From positions 1 through 64,000 of the forward strand of contig NW_026862257.1 in NCBI RefSeq assembly GCF_026571515.1: a DNA stretch of 64,000 nucleotides, read 5' to 3'. Below, piece by piece: positions 1 through 14,460 of this stretch. The first letter of the stretch is position 1; each line of letters starts with the position of its first letter. The notes beneath the pieces were generated by a model. The model was not told the origin of the DNA and made no database searches. It worked only from the letters and a program-made list of their open reading frames with translations. The position numbers were made by a program, and so were the translations under genes. The DNA comes from Ruditapes philippinarum. Its lineage: Eukaryota.

Positions 1-1156
1 TATGGAGACTATTATCCGACTATTAATTGGGGGATTCAATGTATTTTGAAAGGAAAACAATTTTTATGGTAAATGAAGAACAGCCGCGGATATCATGAGA
101 TCAATAGAGTGATAGAAAGAAAAATGTCCAAGAATATTTAATCTTGTTTAATCATATGTAAATGCGAATGTATCTGTCAGGAAATTGAACTAGAAAATCA
201 TGTAAATAGTATCAAAAGTGGATTGGTCTATAATGAGAACATTTTCATAAGTGTCTGCTTTATAAAATATATGTAATATTGGGTCATGCATCTCTCACTT
301 GCCAACAATATTCATATGCTATTCTTTCCTGGTTTGCTGTTATGTTTGATACTAAATACTTTCAACATGATTATTTATTGTATTGCAGATCTTCCATTAT
401 TGACCAATTCATTTTTATAAGATTTACATCAGATTATTGCATTTGTGTTATACTTACTCTTCATGTTACAAAAACCTTTAGTGATTCATTATATACTTCA
501 TCAAATATTGGTAAAATATCAATTGATAAAACACTTTTTCCTCAGATATTGAACAGGAAATTATTGAAAACATTATACAGTCAGTCAAGTGATATAGTTT
601 ATCAGTATTTATTCATTTTCTTCAGTTTTATTATAATGATTTCATATTTAGCACAAGTATGTTTTGAAAAGTCCGTGCATATATTCTCATAGGAGTTTTA
701 TTGCACAAATATTTTGTTTTATAATATTCATGTAAAATTCACAGAAATATATAGAATCAGCATCCTTTCATAGTATGATATTATGTTGATTTTATTCTAA
801 ACGGAAATGGCAAAACGTCTTGAGTATCCTCTTGTATTTATTTTAAGACTTGCAATATTAGCTACATAAATCACCTTAAATGAATGATAATGATTTTGTC
901 TGTCCGAAAGATTGCTGTTACTTATGATGAGATGGATTCGTAGGTATCTCTATCTTATGTTAAGTAAACCATCTTGAATATTATGATATATGCAGTATTT
1001 GTTCTTTTTAGAGTACATGATGATGTAAAATAAACTAGTTTTTTTCAATAATCATAAAATATCTGGAAAACAGAAATCCCTCGGAAGCACTAAAAATAGA
1101 AAAAATGCATAAATTGATTGAAACAGCTTTGTTCTGAAGGAACATTCATTTGTATA

Positions 1157-1338
1157 AGGATACTCCAATGCATTCCTACTGAACGGAAGTACATGGAATG
1201 CGCTTTGTATAGAATTTATTGAACGTTGACTCTTTATGTGAAATTCAATAACCTGTGCAATATTGACTTTTAAGTATCAGACTGTTTGGATTTAAAGTAT
1301 AGATAGCATGAAGTAATTCTTGAACATTCATAAAAGAC
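1157..1338 (+). repeat. Repeat R4 copy (TTCCTACTGAACGGAAGT...); inverted partner at about 1830-1973, third copy at about 61921-62105
   Basis: Visible alignment among the three copies (GAACGGAAGT, TTGTATAGAA, GTGAAATTCAATAAC, GCAATATTGAC). Confidence 0.7.
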
Positions 1339-3154
1339 AAACATATTCCAAATTGACAGCTTTACAAACTTATTTATTATTTGAATTACTGTTTTAATTT
1401 AAATTACAATCGCTCCCTTTTGTTTATGTGATACTATACTTTCTGACAAAATATTTCCTTTCAGATGTAATTTTACTTACTATCGTGTACCTAATTTTAT
1501 CTTAATTCACAAACGTATGTAAGATTATTCATACATCTTTATATTTGATTTAAAATGACACGTAATTTAGTTGTATTCCCTTTTAATGTTAACAGACTCT
1601 GAACACAATTTATTATTAGTGTGGGATCCCCCCTCTTTATTTCTATCTAAATGATTTACCGTAAATCTTTGCTCACACATTTTCACGTTATAAGACTTTT
1701 AAGTAAGGATTGTTTTTTTTCTAAGTAATATACTTATATGTCTGTAATGGTAAATACAAAGATAATATTGAAACGGCAGAAAACAAATAAAAGAAGAAAA
1801 TATGCAACAATGATAATCATACATTTAAGCAGGCGTATACGTTTTTATGACAGGTTCAAAAGTAAATGTACTGTCTATAGTCGATATTGCGTAAGTTATT
1901 GAATTTCACATAAAGTTTTATATTTGATATATTCTATACAAAGTGCCCGCCATGCACTTCCGTTCGGGAAGAATATATTTGAGTAAATCCATAGAAATTA
2001 ACGTTCCCTCACGACAATGCGCAATCAATGTTGGATTAAAATATCTTTTTAGAAATCCTTTTACAAGTACTACAACTTTATAAATAAAATAAAGCCCAAC
2101 TTTTGGGGATACTTTACTTACTTTAAACTGCCATGTTCCTCATGTTTCATATATTTTATTAAGTTAAGCCGATTTGACTATCAATGTTGAAAGATTGGCT
2201 GTTAAAAGGGTGATTGACCAACAGTTGATGTTGGAAAATGTTTAGGAAAAATATTAATTTGTCTAAAATATACAAAAGCTGCCCCACTCTTTTTATCAAT
2301 TACTGGTCAATTCTGATAGATAGTTACAGAAATTTCCTTGGACCACATGAGTTAAAAACATTAAAGGAAATTTTTATTGAAAAATGTAAACTTATTTTGA
2401 CTTCACCTGTTGACTCGCTAAATACCCTTAGATGGAAATAATGTATCTTCAAGCAAGCGATACACATGGGTCTATCTAAAATATCAGCATTCTCTTTTGC
2501 AGACCAAATCTTTGTTTACATAATAAAGATCTTTTATAATTATTTCAAAAGATTTATATAGATAATATTGTAATTCGTGAAATGCCGTCTCATCCTTTGT
2601 TAATGGAAAAAGAACAATTAGAATAAAATGAAATATTATCAATTATATCCATTTCTCTGTAGCTTGCATAAAATTGAACAAAATGAGTATGTACAATCAT
2701 TCCACGCTCTTAAACAAAAATTGCACTGTTTAAAATGGAGAATAAAACTGAGGACTGAAAGAAGACAACAAATAATCATATGACTGTATTATTAACCAGT
2801 ATTTTTTATGGCTGTAAATGTAAATATCAATAAAATGTCTGCTAATTTTACTGATACATTTCTCTTCGTAAATTACAAAAACATTAAATTAACAACCCCG
2901 TCCTTACAGAGCAAATAAAATTGCAAACTACTTTATAGGACATGGTCTATATAAACAACAAAACACACAGTAGATAGTCAAAAATTACAGTTTCGGTTTA
3001 ATTAAGTCAGATTTCGAAATATTATAAAATGAACAGCATCTCCTATGCCCATTAGCACCAGCTGAAATGGTTTTCAGTTCTCAATACTAATTATTGTTTC
3101 AAATATATCAAATTAAAATGTGTAATCGCTCTTATTATCAGTCTTATATATTCA

Positions 3155-3340
3155 TTGATGCCAGCACTATTAAGTGTTGAGAATTGAGTACCGCTCAAGC
3201 CGGTGCTAGGGGCGTGAGGGATGTTGCACTTATTCATTATCCCTCGTTCACAGACTCAATCAAACCGAGTCTGCAATTCTTATGTAATTTTGTTGTGATT
3301 AATGCTTCCGAGGGATCACTTTGTTTCCAGAATTTTATAG
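3155..3340 (+). repeat. Interspersed repeat family R2, reference copy; others on - at about 1054-1130, 5455-5635, 22195-22370, 34495-34668, 54265-54465, 54565-54715
   Basis: Shared core CAAGCCGGTGCTAGGGGCGTG...CAGACTCAATCAAACCGAGTCTGCAA...ATGCTTCCGAGGGATC. Confidence 0.85.
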
Positions 3341-3467
3341 CTAGCACTCGTTTAAAAGAACTATGCAGGTTACATGATATGTAAAATGTTACAAACCAAT
3401 TGGTGTATTGATATAAAACACCGCCAAGCGGCTCTGGATAAAATACACTTACAAACATTGCAACAAG

Positions 3468-3919
3468 TAGGAGACACAGGCAAAATTTTTTCTTCGTTTT
3501 GAATTTTTCATTCATTATTATGCAAATCTCCTCAAAACGAATACACTAGTCAGTCACTAGGCGTTGGCCAGGTTAGAGCGTTAAGATTTCGTAAAAATTG
3601 TCACAGTGAACTCTGGAAACGTTAAAGAACATGCCATATGAAAGACTTAGATTTGTTTCCATTACACAATACTCACAATATCTGTTATTGGAAATTCCGG
3701 GGTTTGTTCAAGTCACATGACTTCTAAATGAAAACTACTCGGTGATTCTGTCGCGCCTAAATGTCGTTAATCATATCTAGATATATTTACGCTTCAAACC
3801 CAAAATAAATATAATTTATACAGAAAGTCATGCTTGGACTTTAAAAAATGTCATTTTAGCGTGATTTGAGTACACAAGATCATTTAATATTTGTGTCATT
3901 TATTTGTCTGAGTATCCCT
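3468..3919. mobile_element. Kolobok-like MITE family K1, older degenerate copy
   Basis: Aligns end to end with 23323-23777 (GGAGACACAGGCAAA ... TATCCCT); flanking TTAA is eroded. Confidence 0.7.
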
Positions 3920-5284
3920 TTACACCTAATTTTATCAAATACTGCATTTGTGCGATTATGCCAAGAAGAAATAAACCACATCGACGTAATTATACATCTT
4001 GACTGATTCGAATTTAGAAAATAAAATATGTCTGTACATTAAATAATAAAACATTACAAGAAATAAAACTTCGAGAAACACCTGCGTTTCTTATTTGTCA
4101 TTGCAACTATATTCAATATTTGCAGAGTAGTATTATGATTGTTAGTAAGTAAACGCCTGTTGTTACACCAAAGGATAAACATAGATACTTCATCAGATAT
4201 TTCAACAATAATTATTTCTTCGCGATAGACAAAAAGAGACAATAATTATATGATCGCATCCGTAAGTTTAATTGAGAAAGGGTTTATATAATTGTTCGTC
4301 ATCTGGCAAAAAATTTTTTTACAATGGATACAATTGTTAAAAATTAATGCCAAAATTAAAAAATTGAACTGTTGCAGAAAAAAAGCAAAAATATATTATT
4401 TTTTCAGCTAATATCTACCAGAGAATGTTAATATTTTTCATATTGTATTTAAAGACTGAAATAAATCAAACAAAAACAATGCGAATCTATATCTTTTAGA
4501 TATATTCAGTTTTTTTTTATATTTCACAGCTAAGATAATGTAATATGAACATATTTCATAGTCGTTTTCCAGGGAGAAACAATCGCCAGAAAAGCAATTA
4601 TTGAAACATCAATCATTTTATACATTTATTATTAGATGTGAAGATGGTTAATATGTGACCTTGGGAATATTTGTCAACAATTTTCTAACTGTTACAATAG
4701 AATGATAAGTATTGGATATTAAATTCTTAAACAATGTCTATACTTGAGTTTACTATTAATAAACGGCAATGTACAAGTGGTAATATAGTATTTGGTTCAT
4801 AATTAAATAACATACTGTTAAACTATGTTTTTTTCATGTAAATTAGTTAATAATTACGCTTTTTAAAAATTTTACAAGTATTGCGTATAAACTTTATAAG
4901 TATAAGTTTACAAATATTTATTTATTGCATATATAAATATATAAAATTATACAATTATTTTTCTTTGAAACAAATAAATGATTTTCTATTAGTTTGTTAC
5001 GAGATCGTTGGACACGTGGTTATCACCATCAACATGTATTCCAATTTCTTTTAGTAAATGTTAGCAATACATTTAGCGGTAGATGACCAAAGGTTGACAG
5101 CGCAATTAAATGTTCTTTTGTTTCTGCGGCTGATCAGATAGTACAATAAACAATGTTGAAAGTAAGTCACGCAATAATAGCCTGTATAATTTTTTCAATA
5201 TCACAATTACAATCAGGATACAGTATAAACAAGATAAGATCACTTATATCCTCACGAATTTTAAGTATATTTTACCTGGCAGCA

Positions 5285-5399
5285 CGGAGGAAGGTAGTCT
5301 AGTACTAGTGTAACTCACCAGGAACGATTGTTAGAAAACTACCCATCTATATGACTGAAATACTGTTGGGAAAAGGCGTAAAATGAAACAAACAAACAA
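5285..5399 (+). mobile_element. 5'-truncated retroposon (SINE 3' end) with (AAAC)n tail
   Basis: Flanked by an 11-bp direct repeat ACCTGGCAGCA (5274-5284 and 5400-5410); ends in AAACAAACAAAC. Confidence 0.75.
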
Positions 5400-6002
5400 A
5401 CCTGGCAGCATTTTTATAAGACATTTAACGAGGAGATTTTGTTGTTTTTATATTTTTAAAGGGAAAAGGATGATCCTTCGGAAGCATTAATTACATGATA
5501 ACTGCAGGTTTGATTGAGTCTATGCATAAGAAATTATAAACAATACAACATTCATTACGTCCAACCCCCACTAGCAACGGCTTGAGAGGTACTCAATTTA
5601 ATTTTCAACACTTAAAAGTGTTGGAATCAATGATCTTTAAGGACTCTACTTAATATCTATAATCAAGTGACATAAATGGAATATGTTTTGGTATCTGACA
5701 TAACTTTTTATACGAATATCAAATACAAAACATTTTGATACAGTACCATGTGACAAGAATTTATACCTTTATAATTATTTATTCCCTTATAATTATATAA
5801 CTTATATAATCGTTATTTCTAAGTTGTAATTGAAATGGTAACTTTATACGTTATAATATGTTGTTTCATTATATCATTCAACTGAAAGCCAACTTTGAAC
5901 CAGGTAACATATTACAAATAATGAAAAATACTTTTATAATATCATTTAACGAAACTCTCTTGAATGATAACCGTACCATCATAGGAGAACTGATGCAGTA
6001 AT

Positions 6003-6381
6003 TGTATCATAGTTTGGGGACCTTTCTGTTTAAAAGATGTCAAAGCTAAATCGTATACATATACATGCACAATGCGTTAACTTGAATGCAGGTATCAGTT
6101 ATCCACACTCCAGAGCATGCCCATTGATTGGTTTATTTTTGCTGCGGTTTACTCATTGTGGCGGCAGAGAAGGGGTAAGCGATAGAAATATCATATTCAG
6201 ATGCTCATTCATTGGTTACTTTTTCTGGGGTTTCATATTGTGACAGCAGGGATCGTGTTTTTGTTTGACTTTGATGCAAAAGAGAAAGAACATCAAAACA
6301 CTCGGCTATCTGATTTATACTCGGGGGCCACGCCCCCTCGTACAAATCAGATAGCCTCGTGTTTCGATGCTCTTTCTATTA
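6003..6381. repeat. Interspersed repeat R3 ending in a 95-nt imperfect hairpin; partial copies at about 57519-57720 and 54740-54938
   Basis: Direct-orientation alignment with both other loci; hairpin at 6283-6377. Confidence 0.75.
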
Positions 6382-7211
6382 CTTATTACATATTTAACAA
6401 GACATATACATAATTATCTTTCTATTTGTCACCTGTGATTTGCACACGCATTTATAACTGGGGGACCATACGCCGCTTTTCATGAAATGGCACGGAAATG
6501 TCTCATGTAAGATTCCATGATAATTGCCGTATGAACACATCTGCAGATGTTTCTTAATTCAAAATTTCACCATTTTCATATTAAACTGTTGAATTCTGCT
6601 TAAGTCAGAGCTAGGGGACATGGACGATAACTTGCATCATTCAGTACTGTCCATGAACAGTATCAGGCAATCCAAGCTTGCTACATTTACAGTTTTGTCG
6701 TTTAGGTCAAATCTTTAGTATCTACTATAGAGATTTCTGAGAAATTTAAAGGAGACGTTTTTTAAGGTAATAGTTACTTTATTATTTGTAAGTATATCGC
6801 AAATATCTTTGGAAAAACGATGTTCAAAAATCATTACAGCAATAACAAATTATGTACTAATATCAATATTGTTTCCAAATAAAATGGGTTTCAGTGTTTT
6901 CTACTATTTTTTTTAAATGTCTAATGAAACACTTTCTTGTCCCGGGACGCTGTTTTAACAAAAGGATTCTTATTTTCTCTATTTAATAGTTAAACCATGC
7001 ATTTTTCACAGATAAAATTACTGAAATACTTTTTTTGAAACAAAACATAATTGCTATTGTTTTTTAACAGAAAATAAAAATGAATGCCTCTTTAATTCTT
7101 TACCATACAGCAAACAACACGAATCTGTTCCATAATATAGTTCTATTACTGCTGCATATTCAGTATCAGTTGATATATTTGTAAAGAAAAATCGTATAAT
7201 AGTTTGTTTAA

Positions 7212-7368
7212 ATTGGTCATTGAATTTCATTCAGCATAATGGTTATCATTCATTGGAAATCATTGAGAGCCTATAAAACTTTCTAAACGAACGCGTTGAC
7301 AACAGAAAGTGGTCTTCAATAAATGTTTTGTAACACTCATCAGAGCGAAATGTAAACTCGCGTGGAAC
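7212..7368 (+). promoter_or_regulatory. Putative proximal promoter/5' leader of gene A (two ATTGG/CCAAT boxes, TATAAAA at 7272-7278, CGCG motifs)
   Basis: Blocks are conserved with the gene B upstream region, including a 20-bp identity ATTGGAAATCATTGAGAGCC and a 15-bp identity AAACTCGCGTGGAAC. Confidence 0.6.
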
Positions 7369-7484
7369 GGACGCTGAGATGAACGGTATTGTTATTTGTA
7401 AAATTGTATCTGAGAGGAAATACGTACTTAACAATGGTTTGAATGTGTTACAATAATAAAGAAGTGTTAAATTGTGGATGTTGA

Positions 7485-10629
<3,145 letters not shown>

Positions 10630-11245
10630 GCAAAAGATGCCAAAGTCGTATGGCGGACATTTAACAATAGAGAAAACTCCGAGATATTTCGTAACGAAGG
10701 AAGTGCCAGAAAGGATTTATAATATGTCAAAATCTATCAAACTTATACTAGTTGTGCGAAATCCAGTTACTCGTGCTATTTCTGATTTTACACAAGCTGT
10801 AAGTAAAGGAGAATACAACAGCACAGTAACATTTCAAAGCAAGGCTATACGCCGTAACGGAACCGTAAATATGAAATGGCCGGCTGTTAACATAGGTCTT
10901 TATGTAAATCATTTAAAACGATGGTTAGAATATTTTCCGATGGACAACATACATATTGTTGACGGTGAAAAGTTAATAACAAATCCGGTGCAGGAATTAA
11001 ATGCTGTCCAAGATTTCCTACAAGTGGAAAGAGATATTCCAGAAAGCTCCATTTATATGAATACTTCCAGAGGCTTTCCGTGCATTAAGAAAGAAAATGA
11101 GACACCAGGATTTAGATGTTTTAGGAATTCAAAGGGACGACCTCACTCTTATGCTGATACAAAAACATTAAAAATATTACACAATTTCTACAAACCGTAT
11201 AATATTAAATTCTTTAAAATGATAAATAAACGTTTTATATGGTAA
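10630..11245 (+). CDS. HS3ST: HS3ST-like gene A, coding exon 2
   Basis: Acceptor TTCAG|G restores the frame (AG+G=Arg). Motifs EKTPRYF, 3'-PB VVRNPVTRAISDFTQ, GFPC and C-x4-KGRPH are present; stop TAA at 11243-11245. Joined length 1002 nt is in frame. Confidence 0.93.
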
Positions 11246-12336
11246 TTTCGAATCAAATATTGTATAACATTTAATACAAAAAAAACCGACGAAAGACAAT
11301 GCAACCTCTTATGATTTCAAAAAAAATTCAGGCAATTAAAAGTGATAAAGTTAAATCGTTATCGTATTTTTATGAGTTTTAGAGTTTACCTGAATTATAG
11401 TACTGTAACAAAAATAGTTTCGCATACTGACAAATCAATTTTGCATGTAGAAATCTGTCAAAAATAAAAGTTAAATAACATCAGACTTTGTATCCTCTTT
11501 ATTAGATAATGTTATAATGTAACTCTTATGTTTTTCTATTTTTGGACAAAGTCCATCTAAGAACGATGTTATTTCCTGTAAAATTAACAGGAAACAACTG
11601 AATAATAGAAATATTTTCATTGGTCATTTTGAAATTACGGACTGAAAACAGGTAATCTTATTGGCCATTATAAAATGTGTATAATAATATAATGTATCCA
11701 TGAATACGTAAGTGTAAGGTACACTTACGGGAACACGACGGTTCCATTTGCAGTGTTTCTTAGACCTACAAATAAACACGAAAACACTAAGCAAGTGAAA
11801 GCAGTTTTAACTCGTCCGAGTATCTTTAATATAAAACGGTATTATCATGAAAAAATATCGTTATAGTTTATTATGAGACAAATGCACACGCATTACTCAT
11901 TTAAGATTTAAACACCTGCGTTACTGGTTTTATCTTTGTAAATTTAGAATATTGATAGGGGTGCCGTAGAAATATAATTCCGAAGAGTTTTCACCCTTAA
12001 TATCAATATAATATGCATGGTCTAGATGAATCTGCGATAATTTTCAAAACTAATTAAAAATATTCTCTCCATTTCATGTATAATTCATGAATACAGTTGT
12101 TATTTTATCATTAAGTATTTTTAGAAAACCGTCTATCTTCAGACAAGATAGCAGTGTTTTATTTATGAAGTAACAACGACACAAATCAAATTTCCAGACA
12201 AATTATATCATACTAAGGAATAATGGTTCTATATTCTATTTGAACAACATGATCAAAAACACTTGAAATTACTTAATATAATGAAAATCATGTTAATTTA
12301 TACCTGCCCCCATGTTGTGTCCGTGTATAACTAAGT

Positions 12337-12651
12337 TTTCAATGCGTTTATTTATGGTCGCCGCCGGAAAGTAAATATTATACTTAAGTTGGGCCATCCT
12401 AGAGCGTCCCGCCGAGAGTTTTGTCGATTTTTTCCAACTTTTATTGGTGGAGGAAGACCCCAGATGCCCCTCCGGCCATTATTTCAGGCACGAGCGGGCA
12501 CCTGGGTAGAACCATCGACCGTCCGTAAGCCAGCTGGATGGCTTCCTCACATGAAAGATTTCGACCCGATTAAGGATCGAACCTTCAGCGTTGAGGGACC
12601 TATGATCTCAAGTCAGCGACCTTAACCACTCGGCCACGGAGGCCCCTTACA
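12337..12651 (-). mobile_element. Full-length tRNA-derived SINE with alternative 3' tail
   Basis: Head GGGGCCTCCGTGGCCGAGTGGTTAAGG (A box) and GGTTCGATCC (B box), same central domain as 10204-10410; candidate TSD TATAACTAAGT at 12326-12336 and 12652-12662. Confidence 0.85.
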
Positions 12652-13793
12652 TATAACTAAGTACACAATTAGCTTCTATTTAAATTATGTCATGACTGCC
12701 TTTCATGACGAGGGTAAACACTCGGTGTACGATGTTTAATTTCGTTCTATCACCCTACAAACTCGAAGACACAATGATCATACACTGAAGTGAGTACAAA
12801 CATTTCGCTAATATAGCATTGTTGAATATATTAAAATTGCAATTTAAGAAATAGAAATCATTAGAAATCATTAAACAAATTAGAAAGCATAAACTATGAA
12901 ATGTGTAAAACATACAAAGTGTGACGACTAGTTCAAAAGTAATGTTACACATACTCCAAGCATGTTAAAGTTGGAAGAATACGTGACAATGAACACAATT
13001 TTGTATGATTCTAGTTTAATGAACTGTCATCAAATTTAAATTATTAACACTTCAGATCTTTTATTTTAGTGTGTTGAGCATTTATTATTTTTATAATGAA
13101 AGAAAATATGGTAATGACAATTTAATAATAAGGTTTTAAAGCGTTCTAACGCAATCAAATAACACTGAAACTGTGCTAATGTAAGTTGATTGGTAATTGC
13201 GTTAGAAAATTGATTGCTCATATTGATTAGAAACAAATGACAGAACGTAATTGATATAGCAAGAATCGCTATTGTACAAAGCGCCAGGACAAACTGAATG
13301 GAAGATGAATGACACTTAAGAGCTGCTATGTAAATTTACAGAGAACACATGGATTACAAGCGTGTTATTGTTTGATGAGAATCATGTTAATAATCAAGTT
13401 GATCGATCAATTCTTTGAAAAGAAAAAGATTGGAAAGAAGAGCATAAATACATTTTGTAATTAAGTGAATAGTGTATTCCTTTAAAATGACATCAGTGTC
13501 GTTTTAAACAATAAATCATATTTCATTTATAAAACAAACTTCTGTAACATTTTAATAGAGATAATTTATATTTTAGAGCATGGCATTTTCATAATTATGT
13601 TGGAGCAAAAAGATAAATGAAAACATTGTTATGAACATTGAACAACATATTTTCCATCATAAATTATTTCATACCAGGTTTCAATATTCCATTAATTATA
13701 AAATCGGGTATAATGAATTAAGCATATACTAGTATATTATATATATAGCTAGCTGTAAAGTCCCTTAGACAGCATTAGCTGGTATTAGTTCAT

Positions 13794-14063
13794 TCGCCGC
13801 TTTTCATGGAATGGCACGGAAGTGTCACATTGAAGGTTCCATGATAACCGCCGTATGAACACATCTGCGGATGTTTCTAAATTCAAAATTTTACTATTTC
13901 ATGTTTAAATGTTGAATTCTGCTTAAGCCGGTGCTAGGGGGCGTGGACGGTAACTTGCACTTTCCAGTACCGTCCATGAACAGGCTCAATCAAACCGAGC
14001 CTGCAACATTTTCAATTTTGTCGTGTTGGGCTTTCTTTAGGGATTCTGTATTTATCTATTTTA
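13794..14063 (+). repeat. Interspersed repeat family R1 copy; others at about 6459-6745(+), 19885-20042(-), 32205-32362(-), 38080-38190(-), 39415-39610(+), 40488-40625(+), 44880-45235(+), 57370-57460(+), 57757-58015(-)
   Basis: Shared core GAATTCTGCTTAAGCCGGTGCTAGGGGGCGTGGACGGTA...TACCGTCCATGAACAGGCTCAATCAAACCGAGCCTGCAAC. Confidence 0.9.
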
Positions 14064-14397
14064 TCTGGGGTTTCCATTTGATACAAAAGTGAATGGGCCA
14101 AAGAGAGGGAAAGGCACTTAATATTTTTTTTACTTATTTCCGTTATCACGATAAAACAATGTATGTTATGATGACGGGTGTTGAGTCCAAGTCAGAACTA
14201 AAGTATATGTTCTGTTCTGTCTACACGGCCATTCATATATTTTGATTTGACTTCATTTTCGTTATATAAACATAGCGTTAAGACACGCTAAATGTTTTCG
14301 TTGTACTATAGGCACGTCGACTTCAAACGGTCTTAACTTTTGGTATGTGATCAATAGAAATGAAATAATAAACCGAGGGGAAATTAGTTTCACGTAG

Positions 14398-14460
14398 AAA
14401 GCTGGAAAGTCTACATATGACCTCTACTGTGTTGGTGCGACGTCAAATCCAAACAAAAAC
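14398..14460 (+). mobile_element. SINE 3' tail fragment
   Basis: AAAGCTGGAAAGTC..CATATGACCT..ACTGTGTTGGTGCGACG matches the tail of the other SINE copies. Confidence 0.7.

Noticed and set aside
279-692. 137-aa ORF
   Set aside because: Non-ATG start, no recognisable domain, and composition typical of AT-rich non-coding DNA.
12570-12646. tRNA gene
   Set aside because: It is a SINE head followed directly by the SINE central domain.
13900-14010. R1 as hammerhead ribozyme, SECIS or snoRNA
   Set aside because: No CUGANGA/GAAA core, AUGA..GA quartet, or C/D or H/ACA boxes in conserved positions.
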